A DNA stretch of 64,000 nucleotides from Neocallimastix sp. 'constans' (Eukaryota). Position numbers and translations under genes: made by a program. Below are positions 13,866 to 38,565 of this stretch, piece by piece. The stretch spans positions 248,001-312,000 of the forward strand of contig JBODTK010000011.1 of assembly GCA_050613775.1 (NCBI GenBank), written 5' to 3'. Below the pieces are notes generated by a model that ran no database searches, was not told the origin of the DNA, and was given only the letters and a program-made list of their open reading frames with translations. How positions within the stretch are numbered: the first letter of the stretch is position 1; every line of letters starts with the position of its first letter.

Positions 13866-15303
13866 TAATATATAAATAATAAATAATAAATAATAAATAA
13901 TAAATAATAAATAATAAATAATAAATAATAAATAATAAATAATAAATAATAAATAATAAATAATAAATAATAAATAATAAACAATAAATAATAAATAATA
14001 AATAATAAATAATAAATAATAAATAATAAATAATAAATAATAAATAATAAATAATAAATAATAAATAATAAATAATAAATAATAAATAATAAATAATAAA
14101 TAATAAATAATAAATAATAAATAATAAATAATAAATAATAAATAATAAATAATAAATAATTGAATAATAAATAATAAATAATTGAATAATTGAATAATAA
14201 ATAATAAATAATTGAATAATAAATAATAAATAATTGAATAATAAATAATAAATAATAAATAATAAATAATAAATAATAAATAATAAATAATAAATAATAA
14301 AAAGAGTATTTATTAATAAATAATAAATAATAAATAATAAATAATAAATAATAAAAAGAGTATTTATTAATAAATAATAAATAATAAATAATAAATAATA
14401 AAATAATAAAAAGAGTATTTATTAATAAATAATATATAATAAATGATAAATAATAAATAATAAATAATAAATAAAAAATAGACATAATAGATAATAAATA
14501 ATAAATAATAAATAATAAATAATAAATAATAAATAATAAATAATAAATAATAAATAATAAATAATAAATAATAAAAAGAGTATTTATTAATAAATAATAA
14601 ATAATAAAAAGAGTATTTATTAATAAATAATAAATAATAAATAATAAATAATAAATAATAAATAATAAATAAAAAATAGACATAATAGATAATAAATAAT
14701 AAATAATAAATAAAAAATAGACATAATAGATAATAAATAATAAATAATAAATAATTGAATAATAAATAATAAATAATAAATAATAAATAAAAAATAGACA
14801 TAATAGATAATAAATAATAAATAATAAATAATTGAATAATAAATAATAAATAATAAATAATAAATAATAAATAATAAAAAGAGTATTTATTAATAAATAA
14901 TAAATAATAAATAATAAATAATAAATAATAAATAATAAATAATAAAAAGAGTATTTATTAATAAATAATAAATAATAAATAATAAATAATAAAAAGAGTA
15001 TTTATTAATAAATAATAAATAATAAATAATAAATAATAAATAATAAATAATAAATAATAAATAATAAATAATAAATAATAAATAATAAATAATAAATAAT
15101 AAATAATAAATAATAAATAATAAATAATAAATAATAAATAATAAATAATAAATAATAAATAATAAATAATCAATAATAAATAATAAATAATAAATAATAA
15201 ATAATAAATAATAAATAATAAATAATAAATAATAAATAATAAATAATAAATAATAAATAATAAATAATAAATAATAAATAATAAATAATAAATAATAATA
15301 ATA
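13866..15303. repeat. (AATAAAT)n satellite with higher-order variant units
   Basis: About 1.4 kb of the 7-mer, interrupted by recurring AAAGAGTATTTATT, AAATAGACATAATAGAT and AATTGAAT variants. Confidence 0.95.
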
Positions 15304-15704
15304 ATACAACTACTTACTACTATTTCTACTACTACTAATAATAATAATGTTATTATCAATATTATATTTGATTTTATATATATATATTTTTTTAAGTCTT
15401 TTTTTAAAATTATAAATTTAATATTTTATTATTGCATTTATCACATATCATTTATATCATTTATAATTAATTAAATAATAAAATATTTTTAAAATAAAAA
15501 AAAAATTTTTATTTTTTTTTTAAATTTTTTTAAATCTTTTTTTGGTTCATTTTTTTTTTTTTTATATCCAAATTTTTATTATCAGTTAATTCCATTTTGT
15601 TATATCCAAATTTAAAATTTTTATTATCGTCAGTTTTTTCTTTTATTATTTCCAATTTTTTTTTTTTTTATTTTTTTTTTTATTATATTCTTCTTTTTAT
15701 ATCC

Positions 15705-15756
<52 letters not shown>

Positions 15757-15966
15757 TTACAAACTTTTTGTCCTTTTTTTTGTTTTTATCTTTTATATAT
15801 AAAAACCTTTTTTTTTTTTTTTTTTTTTTTTTCTTTTATTTTTCATTATATAAAAATACAGTAAATAAACTTAATAAAAATCAAGTCTATATAACTATAT
15901 AATAAAAATTTTATGAAAATATTTAGTCACTCTATATATAAAAATCTTTTTTATTAATATTTCAAT

Positions 15967-26790
<10,824 letters not shown>

Positions 26791-26986
26791 AAAAAAAAAA
26801 AAAAAAATTTCAATTAATATTAATATAAGTAAATAAATAAATAATAAATAAAAAAATAAATAAATATATATATATTTATATAATATATAAATAATAAATA
26901 AATAAATAATCATAAAATTATTATTGGAACGTTTTACAATTTTTTTTAAAAAAAAAAAAAAAATTATTATTATAAACTGTAATAGA

Positions 26987-27024
<38 letters not shown>

Positions 27025-27293
27025 TAAGAAATAACAATAATTAATAAAATAAATATTATTATAATAATCAATAAAATAAATATTATTAAATTGGTTTTAT
27101 TTTCTTCAGTATATATAAAAGGTCTGTTTTATTGTGTGATATTTATTGAAATAAAATAATTAAATATGGTCTTATTGAAAAAGTTTGTATTTTTATAAAA
27201 AGAATAAATTTACGTTAATTCCATTTTAAATCATATTGTTTTGGACTTATCGACCTTAAATAAGTGGAAATCAAAATTAAAAATACCTTGTTT

Positions 27294-27349
<56 letters not shown>

Positions 27350-27702
27350 AACGAGACAAGATTTTGTATTATTATTTCAATCTCTTTTAGATAGCATTGG
27401 ACAATGTAATAAAGTTTTTAAGGATTTTGAAGAGTCCGGTTATTTTTTTCTTTTTTTTTTTTTTTAAATTTCTTTTTTTTTATATATACATTCAAAATTA
27501 AATATACAGATATTAATATATATATATAAAAAAAGTTTTCATTATAAATAATTCTTTTTTGATAATAATTATTTAGTTATTTCTTTGAAAATTCGATAAA
27601 TTTTATTTTTATCATATTCTTTACTGAAATTAAATTGAAATCTCTTAATTTTACAGTTATCAATTGGTTATTTAAAAATTTGAATATATATATGTAATTT
27701 AT

Positions 27703-28081
27703 GGGAGAGTTGCATTTCCCCAAATTGCATTTCGCCAGATTGCATTTCGCCAAGTGGCGTAGTATTAAAATGTTGCATTTCCCCAAGTTGCATTTCCCCA
27801 AGTTGCTATTCGCCAGGTTGCATTTCGACAAGTAGAGTATTGATATAAATAAATGAATAAATAAATAAATATTAATTCAAAATATTTTTTTTAAAATTGT
27901 TTTTATGCGATATTAATAATATTTAATTTTATTTATTGATTTATTTATTTATTTAATAATTCTCAATTTGGCGAAATGCAACTTGGCGAAATGCAATTTG
28001 GCGAAATGCCACATTTTTTTAATACGCCACATGCTTTCAAAAAAATTGGCGAAATGCAATTTGGCGAAATGCCCCACACCC
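27703..28081. mobile_element. Non-autonomous Mutator-like (foldback-type) MITE, 379 bp
   Basis: Termini are GGG...CCC. An identical 9-bp flank GTAATTTAT occurs at 27694-27702 and 28082-28090. Seven ~15-bp TTGCATTTCGCCAA units on the left face five inverted copies on the right. Confidence 0.85.
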
Positions 28082-29156
28082 GTAATTTATATATAATATA
28101 AAGTGGGTTAGTTTTCAATAATACTAACCAAAATGTCATGTAAGATTTCTTTATTATTTTCATCAAGCATATCATTAAATTTAAAGTAATTATTTTTATC
28201 ATTATTTATTATTTTGACTATCGCTTTGAAAGGTTCATATTATTTAAAAAAATATTTAAAAAGTAATTTTTTTATCATTTATATCCTTTAATTGCAATGT
28301 AATACTTCAATAAATTTTAATAACTTAATATATAATTAATTTGTTTTTATTAAATTTCAAAGAGTATATAACTCTATCCTGAGTTGGGTATTATTTATTT
28401 GTAATTCATACAGGCCACATTCTTCAAAATCACAAATTGTGTTATTCTCACATCTTAACCTAATTCTGATGAAAAAATCATCACAAAAAAGGGAAGGAAT
28501 ATTACTTTATTTATCAAAATGAACTTGACATAACATTTGTATAATATAAAGATTTTAGTTATATTATTAGTAATAATTATAATATTAATAATAGTAAAAA
28601 TAATAAAATAAAAATAAAAATAATTGTTTTAATATTTATATTTAAAGTAAATAAATAATTAAAAGTCATAAAAAAATTTAGAATATATTTTACTGATATA
28701 AAATAATTATGAAAAATATTAACATAAATGTATGATTATACTATAAAGTCATATTAATCATAATAAATCATTAAATATAGTATTATATTATATTATTAAA
28801 TTAAATATGATTAATTTATATATAATATGAGAATAAATAATAATAATTAATTTTATAAAAACGGAAGTAAATAAAAAAGAAAAGTAAATAAAAAAAATTT
28901 AATTATAAATTTTTAAAATATGGCACATGATATTTTCATATGAACAAAATTATTTAAATAAAATTTATTATTTTATTTAAATACAGGTAAAAGGAAGAAG
29001 GAAAAAAAAAAAAAAAGAAGAAATTTGTATTTAAAAAATTATTATATGTATTTAATTTAATTTGATAAAATTAATATAGATATACTATTCATTTAATAAT
29101 ATATAGTAACTGATATTTGTAGTCTTTAAAACGAAATATTAATTTATAATTTTAAG

Positions 29157-29845
29157 ATGGATTATTTAGATGAAGAATATATTGACCCTTTTGAAGCAAG
29201 AATTCAATTTACAGAGATATTAAATAATTTAACGGCTTCTCAAAAATCGGTTACTGATGCAGCTATATTTGCAATGAAAAATAGAAGATCGTATGAACTA
29301 ATATATGAAATTATAAGAAAATTTATTTCAAATCAAGTAAATGATATTTATTAATTTAAAGCTTTTTTTTTTTTTTTAAATTAAATAATTTATAATAATT
29401 AAAATTTTTATTCAATAATATATATATATATATATATTTTTTTTTATTTTTGTTTTTTTGTTTTTATATGTTATAAGCCTGTACAGGCAAGATTAAATAT
29501 ATTTCATGTTATTGATTGTATATGTAGATATAGTATAAAACTTGATTTTGAAGAATATATTGAATTAATTAAAAAAGATTTATCATCAATAATAAAAGAT
29601 ATAACACCAGAAAATGATGCAAAGGGAGATGCCAATGTTAAACCGGTAAGAAAGGTAATAAATCAATTAATAAATAAAAAAAATTTTTTTTTTTTTTAAT
29701 TTTAATTTAAATAATGATAATATCAATGATAATAATGTTGATAATAATAATAATGATAATAATGATAATAATAATGAAAATAAAAATAATAAAAATTATA
29801 AAGATAGAAATACTAATACTAATTATATTGATATTGATGATAATA

Positions 29846-29879
<34 letters not shown>

Positions 29880-31960
29880 TAATTTATTTTATTATAAATT
29901 CAAATTTTTTTAAAATATAAAAAAATTCAAAAATATTAATTTTTAAATTTATAATATATTAATATATTAATGAAAAGGTTTTAAAAGGTTGGAAAGATAA
30001 AAATTTTTTCTCAGAAGAAATATTAAAAACAATATATGAAAAGCTTTACAAAAGAGAACTGAATTTCGAAGAAAAGCAGTAATATATATATATTTAATAT
30101 ATATATATATATGAACTATTAAATCAGTTTATATTTTTTTATTAATGGGTTTTACAATTTTATAAATGTAAATATTATTTTAATAATAATTAGTAAAGCA
30201 AAACAAAGAGCAAAAAATGAAATAACTAAAAGAATGGAGGAAGATAGAGTAAAAGTTAGTAAATAATAATAAAAAAAAATTTTTTATTTTTTAATAAAAA
30301 TAGTTTATTTAACAAAATTAAAATTATGTATATGTTTATATCAATAGCAAAAAAAACGAAAAGAAAATGCATGGATATTAACTCCAGAAATGGATGAATT
30401 TTCAATATATTGGAATAGCTTACCATTATATTCAAAATCTGATTGTGAGGATATAATAAACGAAAATAAAATATTTTATCATGGAGAATTTCCGGATATA
30501 AATGAGAAAGATATATTAAAAATATTAAATGTTAATGAAATTGAACAAAAATTAAGGTCAAAACCTATTGTTTATAATAGTAATGAAAATTTTGAAGATA
30601 AATTATATCATAAAAATAAAAGAATTGATAAAAATACTGAACTATCAAAAGGATATAATGAATCATATTATAATAACAAAGATTATGAAATTAATAAAAG
30701 TCCAAATAAGCGAATAAGAATTGAAAGGGAAAAGGAAATATCTTTTAATAATAACAATAAGAATAATATAAAAGATGATAAAATTAATAAGGATATTGAT
30801 GATTATGAAAGATCATATAGTCGAAATTATGAAAGAAGTAAAGATAAAAATAGAGATTATGATCAAGATAGCAGAAATAGTAAAAATGATAGAAATAATA
30901 AATACAATAATAATGATACTGATAATAAATATGATAAGGAAAGTATTTATTCTTCATACTCTATTCATAAATTAAGAAAGAAAACACGAATATTTATTTG
31001 GGATTTGGATGAGACATTAATATGTAAATATGAATATATAATTTATATTGATTTATTTATGTATACAATTTGTCTAATTTTAAAATAAATAAAATTAATA
31101 TATATTATTTTTTTTTTTTTTTTTTTTTGTATAATATATTTATTATAAAACATTAGTATTTAAATCATTACTCGATAAAAGTTGTCCAGAAATAAAACCA
31201 GAAGATACAAAATTAGGTGTTTTGGCAGCGGAAAAGATGATGAGATGGATTTTTGACATTTCAGAAAATTATTTTCATTATAAAGATATGGAAGAAATTG
31301 CGGATCCTTCTAACTTAGAAATAGATGATATAATACCTTTTGATAAAGACTTAAGGTATTTTCTTTTATATATATATATATATATATATAATTTTATATA
31401 TAATCAAATTAAGTTTTATTTAAATAAAGTATTAATTTTATATATTTGGTTAAAGAAATTATCCTTTTAACAAAGATAATATAAAAAATGAACCCAAAGA
31501 TTCAAAAATATTATTAAAATTATTATCCTATCGATATAAAGATATTAAAAATAAATATGATTCTAATTCATTTAGAGGTAATTAAATCCTTTGATATTTA
31601 TATTTATATTTATTTATTTATTTATTTTTATTTTTATTTTTTAATTATTTATTAATTATTAATATTGTTAATACTAATAATATTATTAATACTACTATTA
31701 TTATAAATATATATATTCTATTAATTAATAAAAAAAAAAAATGTATCATATACATATATATACATATGTACCTTGGGAAAAATAAGATAATATTAAAGAT
31801 ATTAATTTAGTTGATAAAGTATACAATGATATTGATGATTTAAGTCATAAATGGTTAAGTTTTATGTTATCATTGTTAGATGGCGTTAAATTAAGGTTTA
31901 TAAAAATAAATTATTAGATGCATATAAATCTATATTGTTATTATTATTATTATTAATTTA

Positions 31961-32024
<64 letters not shown>

Positions 32025-32689
32025 TATATATTAAATTTCTTAATTTACATAATTAAATATTATATATATTAAATTGAATAGTGGGTCACATGGTAAAGCT
32101 GCTGATTGTGTATTAGTTTCTGCTGGCCATTTAATACCAACATTAGCAAAATGTGTATTATTTAAATTAAGTAATATATTTACAAGTGATAAAGTATGGA
32201 GTTCATCCAAAAATGGTAAAGATTGGTGTTTTAAAGAAATTAAAAAAAAATATGGTAATAACTATGAATATATTGTAGTTGGAAATAGTGAAGAAGTAAG
32301 TAATTTAAAAAAATTAAAATTTAAATTATGGATTTAAATTGAAATTAATGTTAAATTATTATAATATTATTGTAAAATAATATATTTCTAATTGAAAATT
32401 CCTATTTTTTTTTTTTTTATTTTATTATTATTATAAAAAAACAGGAGGGTATAGCTAGTCAAAAGGTAATCCATATAAGTATATATATATATATAATTTT
32501 TAAATATTTCAATACTATTTTTTTTTTTTTTTTTTTAAAATATTTCAATACTAATTTATATATATATATATATATACATATTACTATAATAATATATAAT
32601 AATATAATTATTAGAATGGATGGGCATTTTTTAAAATAAAAGATAAAAGATCATTAATCGAATTTAATAGATTATATATTGATTCTTAA
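29157..32689 (+). CDS. Fusion of CTD kinase I gamma subunit (Ctk3-like: CID-like N-terminus + CTK3_C) and Eyes-absent (EYA) HAD phosphatase domain
   Basis: Ctk3-like part: DPFEARIQFTEILNNLTASQKSVTDAAIFAMKNR, RLNIFHVIDCI, KRMEEDRVKQKKRKENAWIL..EF..YW. EYA-like part: RIFIWDLDETLIVFKSLL, LSYRYKDIKNKY, IDDLSHKWL, VLVSAGHLIPTLAKCVLFKL..VWSSSKNGKDWCFKEI..YIVVGNSEEE. Stop codon at 32687-32689. Confidence 0.85.
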
Positions 32690-32900
32690 ATAAAAATAAA
32701 TAAATAAAATTAGAAGTAAATAAATGCAAAATAAGTACTAAATAAATAAATAAATAAAAATATATAAAAATAATTTGTAAGTTATTAGATAGTAATTATA
32801 AAATAATTTATTTTACTATAATCAATAGTAAAATAATAAATATTATAAAATCATTAAATTAATTACTATTATTTTTATTTTCATTCTTTTTCATATTTTA

Positions 32901-32931
<31 letters not shown>

Positions 32932-33788
32932 TATTATTATTATTATAAATTATAAATTTTTATTATATTGTTGTATCATATATTAATTATAATATTTAAA
33001 AAAAATAATTATATAATATAGAATATTAATATACCAAGTAAAAGTATTAAATTAAAAAAAAGGAAAAATAATAAAGAAAGATTTATTTATAAAATATATT
33101 ATTGTATATAAACTATTAATAAAATATTATTTATATGTATATAAGAACTTATAATTAATTAATAGTTAGCTATTTAATTTTAATATCGTTAGAGTAGGTT
33201 TCAAAATTTTATAATTCTTTTATTATTTATTATTATCATTATTCTTTTTCATAATTATTTATAAAATTTTTTAATGAATAAAAATAAAAAATATATATAT
33301 ATATTGTTCAATTTGGTAAAATTAAATATTAACCAATAATTTTTATAAACAAAACAAATTAAAAAAAAAAAAAAAATTTAAAGTATTATGAAAAAAACTT
33401 TAATTATATGTTATAATTAAAGTTTTGGAATATGATAAAAAAATAATAATAAAAACTTTAATTAGCTTAAAATAAAGTACAAATATACATATATAAAAAC
33501 AAAACCTGTATTTAGTTATATATATATATATAATTATTTTTTATTTTTTTTTTTTATTTTATATTTTTATTAAAAATTTCGAAAAAATAACACAGTATTT
33601 TATTCATATATATATATGAATTTTTTTTTTTTTTTTTTTTTATAATATTTTTTTTTTGTAATATCAAAAGAATAATATATATAATATAATGGTAATAAAG
33701 ATTCTTAAATAATAAAATAGTTAATATATTTAATATATTCATATTATTAATTAGCTTATTTTAATAAATTAATAAATTAAAATAATAG

Positions 33789-36480
33789 TCAAATGAATGT
33801 GTAAAAGTGGTTGTTAGATGTCGACCATTTTCCGAAAAAGAAAAAGAAGCTGGTCATGAAAATATTATAACCATTAATAAAGAGGCAGCTTCAGTTGAAA
33901 TTAAAGATCCAAAATATTTATCAGATAACAATAACAATAATGGTTTTGGAAATAATAATAATAATGGAGATATAGAGCAGACAAGTAAAACATTTACATT
34001 TGATAATGTTTTTGATGAAGAGACTACTCAAATGGAAATATACAATACAACAGCAAGACCCATTGTTGATTCAGTATTAGAAGGATATAATGGAACAATT
34101 TTTGCTTATGGTCAAACTGGTACAGGAAAAACATTTTCAATGGTCGGAGATCGAGATAAAAAAGAATTACGAGGAATTATTCCTAATGCATTTGATCATA
34201 TATTTTCATATATAGGGCGTGGAGGAGAAGATAAAAAGTTTTTAGTTCGTGTAAGTTATTTAGAAATTTATAATGAAAATATTAAAGATTTGTTAAAACC
34301 AAAATCAGGAAAACTTGAGATTAAAGAAAGTCCAGACATTGGTCTATATGTGAAAGATCTTTCAAATTTTGTTGTAAAAGATGTACAAGAAATGGACAGA
34401 TTAATGACAGTAGGTAATAAAAATAGAAGTATCGGAGCAACACAAATGAATGCTCATTCTTCTCGTTCTCATTCAATATTTACAATTACAATTGAAGCAA
34501 GTGAAGTTGATAGTGATGGTCAAGAACATATTCGTGCAGGTAAACTTCATTTAGTAGATTTGGCAGGAAGTGAGCGTCAAACTAAAACTGGTGCAACAGG
34601 AGATAGATTAAAAGAAGCTACAAAAATTAATCTTTCTTTATCAGCATTAGGAAATGTTATTTCAGCTTTAGTTGATAGAAAATCATCTCATATTCCATAT
34701 CGTGATTCAAAATTAACTAGACTTTTACAGGATTCTCTTGGTGGTAATGCAAAAACAGTTATGATTGCCACTCTTAGTCCTGCAAGTTATAATTATGATG
34801 AAAGTTTATCTACTCTTCGTTATGCTAATAGAACTAAAAATATTAAGAATAAACCTAAAGTTAATGAAGATCCAAAGGTTAGAAATAATATCTATATTGA
34901 TTATATTAACTTTTAATATAAATATATTTTTTATTTTTATTATAATTATAATTATAATTATAATTATAATTATAATGCATATATAATAATTATAATGCAT
35001 AAAAAATAATAATAATTAATATTTAATTAATGATAATTTATTTTTAAAAGGATGCTTTATTACGTGAATTTCAAGAAGAAATTAAAAAACTTAAAGAACA
35101 ATTGGAAAAAATGGAAAATGGAAATGAAGAAGCCAATATTATTGAAGATGTAGAAGAAATTGTTGAAGAAGAAGAAGAAGAGGAAGATGATGACGAAGAT
35201 GATGAAGCAAATGATCAATCAAATTCTCAATCTGGATCAAAAAAAGCCAAAAAGAGTTCAAAGAAAAAGAAAAATGGAGATAAAAAAGGTCAAAAGAAAG
35301 TCAACTTTCCTATTTCAAAATTATCGGAACAGAAGCTTAAAGAAATACAGGAGAAAGGTAATTTTCTATTATAATAAATTTATAATTAAATATAATGAAT
35401 AAACTAAAATAAAAATTTTAAATATTATTTTAAATTTTTTTTTTTTTTAATTTGTTATACTCATAATATGAAAAATTATATATGTGATAATTGTAATTAA
35501 TAATAAATTTTATAATAAAAAAAAAAAATTAAACAGTTCAAGCAGAAAAAGATCGTCTTCTTAATGATAAAAATATTATTGAATCAGAAAAAGTTAAATA
35601 TTTATCTGAGTTAGAAGTTCGAGCAAAAGAATTAGAAAAAGAACGTAAAGCAAGAGATCAAATAGAAAAGAAATTAGCACAGATGGAAGCTAAATTATTA
35701 GTTGGTGGTGTTAATATTTTAGATAAGAATGAAGAACAACAAATAATACTAGCAAACCAAGCAAAAGAATTAGAAGAAAGAAGAAGACAAGAAAGACTAC
35801 TTCAAGAATCTATTCAGAATCAAGAAGAAGCCCAATTCCAAATTGAAGAAAATTATAATTCTTTGCAAGAAGAAGTTACTGAAAAAACAAGAAAATTGAA
35901 AAAATTATTCTCTTTAATGATGACAAAGAAAACCGAAGTAAAAGAATTAAGAGAAGAATATCAACAAGAAAGAGAAGACTTAACAGATACAATTAGAGAA
36001 TTAACCCGAGAATTAAAATTGAAATTCTTAATTGTTGAAAATTATTTACCGGAAGAACAGTTACGCTGGATTGAAGAATCTGCAAAATATGATGAATCAA
36101 CTGATAAATGGAGAATTTTACATATTGCTCATGCTGGAAACAATATTCATGGAAAAAGAGGATTATTAAGTAATGATCCATATAGTGAAGCAATATCTAT
36201 GGGTAATAATAAAAAAAATAATAATAAAATAAATTCTTTACCAAAAGATGCAATATGGGATCCTTATTGTGTATTCCCTGATCCTTATTTAGTTTATGAT
36301 CGTAAGCTTTCTAAAAATATTAATAAAAGTCGAAAGGGACGACCATCTAGTGTGAAAAAAACACTAATGTCAGGAACAAGTGGTTTATTATATAAAAAGA
36401 ATATAGAAGGAAATAATGATTCTGTTGATAATGCTCCAAAAGCTAGAGGATTAGTCGCTAAAACAAAGCACTATGCATAA
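33789..36480 (+). CDS. KIF3: Kinesin-2 motor subunit (KIF3A/KIF3B-like, intraflagellar transport); first exon not located
   Basis: Motor motifs [25 protein letters not shown] and [10 protein letters not shown]. Kinesin-2 neck [22 protein letters not shown]. Stalk [27 protein letters not shown]. Tail PKARGLV. Confidence 0.93.
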
Positions 36481-37161
36481 TACATTAGAAGCTATATAAT
36501 GATTTTTAAAAATAAATAAATAATAAAACAAAATATAATAATATTAGAAAATATATATTTTTTTTAACACTATTCTATGCTAATGTATTCAAGCATAAAC
36601 TTTGCTTTAAATACTCCTAACTTTTTCAAGGTAAAAGTTTAAGATATTCAATACATTAAATAATATTATAATTCTAAATATATTTAAAGTATTTATGAAT
36701 TTTTTTTTTTCCTTTTCTGTAAAAATTCATTAAATTTTGAAATTTATTAATGAAAAAATACATTATAGATTATAGATTCAACAATAAAAGTTAAATTATT
36801 GCTATTTATTTATTAAAAATTAATAATAATTATAATAATAATAATAACAATACATTAAATCAATTAAATAATTTAAAAATACTGTCATTTTATTTATTTA
36901 AAATTATTTTTTTCATGATATTTTCTCTCTATTAATTTTTTTTATTTATTTATTTATTTATTTATTTAATTTGTATATTTTATAAGAAAATAATTCATTC
37001 ATAATATTTATTTCATGAATGAATTACTTTATAAATAAAAATTTTAAAATACCTAATTTATTATTATTTATTAAATATTTTATTTTTTTTTTATTATATT
37101 TTATTTTATTTGATTTTGATTTTGATTTTGATTTTGATTTTGATTTTCATTATTTTTATTA

Positions 37162-37204
<43 letters not shown>

Positions 37205-37549
37205 ATTATATAATTGCATCATTTTTATTTTACTATATTTAATATTTTTTTATTTTACTATATTTAATATTTTTTTATTTTAGTCATTTTATTTTGATTT
37301 GTTATTTCGTTTTAATTTTTTATTTTACCTTATTTTCGTTATTTTATTTTAATTTGTTATTTTATTTTATTTTTGTTATTATATTTTATTTTTGTTATTT
37401 TATTTTATTGTAATTTATAAAATATTCATACTTTATTATAATGTATTAATTTGTTATTAGTTTAATTATTATTTTTATTATTTATTTATTTATTATTATT
37501 ATTTTTTATTTATTTGTTGGTATGTTAGTTTAAATTCTATTAATCAAAT

Positions 37550-38436
37550 TTAATCATCTAAAGAATGAATTGGACAAATACCATCAACTTTTCGATAATT
37601 ATACCATTTATCAATACATTCTTTATGGAATATGCATAAGCAATCAATTCTTACAATAGTTTGTCCTTTTTGAATATTTATATCAAAATAGATAAATAAA
37701 TAAACATATATATATATATATAAAGTTTATATTAACATTCAATAGGGCTTTTATTGTAATAAATTGTTATTAAGAAATAAATATAAATAAATATTTATAT
37801 TACCTTTGAGAAATTCCTCAAAGCAAATTGGACATTCCCTTCCTAAATCGCTATCTAATTCTTGTACTAATTTATATTTAAAATGATATATAATACATTT
37901 AGTATTACAATACATATTTAGTGTCAATTCTACTAATGTTTTTTTTTTATTTTATTGCTAATTAATATATTAATAGTTACTATTATTACTTTTTTTTTTT
38001 TTTTTTTTTTTTATTATCATTTACTTTATTTTATTTCATTTTGTCTTATTTTATTTTATTCAATCTGTACTTTATATTTATATTTCAATTATTTATTTCA
38101 TTTTATTTTTACTTTATCTTATTCAATCTGTACTTTATATTTCAATTATTTATTTCATTTTATTTTATTATTTTTTTTTATTATATTCAATCTGTACTTT
38201 ATATTTATATTTCAATTATTTATTTCATTTTATTTTTATGTAATTTTTATTTTATTTTTATTTTTTTTTTTTTTTTTTATTTTTTTTTTTTTTTTTTTTT
38301 TTTTATTTTTTTTTATTTTTTTTTTTTTTATTATTATTATTATTCTGCTATCTTTTATTTAAAATATTTTATGATTTTTATTTTATATATACAATATTTA
38401 CAATATGTATTATTAATAATAAAAATTTATATTTTT

Positions 38437-38483
<47 letters not shown>

Positions 38484-38519
38484 TATTATCATTATTGCTT
38501 AATTTAAAAATCAAAGAAA

Positions 38520-38565
<46 letters not shown>

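Noticed and set aside
13856..15359. Long minus-strand ORFs of repeating LLFIIYY
   Set aside because: These are translations of the 7-bp satellite, which lacks stops on that strand. There is no evidence of coding.
27577..28202. Short ORFs with KCNL(A/G) or ISPNC repeats, and a CRISPR-like look
   Set aside because: They derive from the 15-bp MITE repeats. The units are contiguous and inverted, with no unique spacers and no cas genes.
28330..28540. Slightly GC-richer stretch with a C-box-like TGATGA on the minus strand (snoRNA or exon?)
   Set aside because: I found no convincing box D, terminal stem, guide sequence or open frame.
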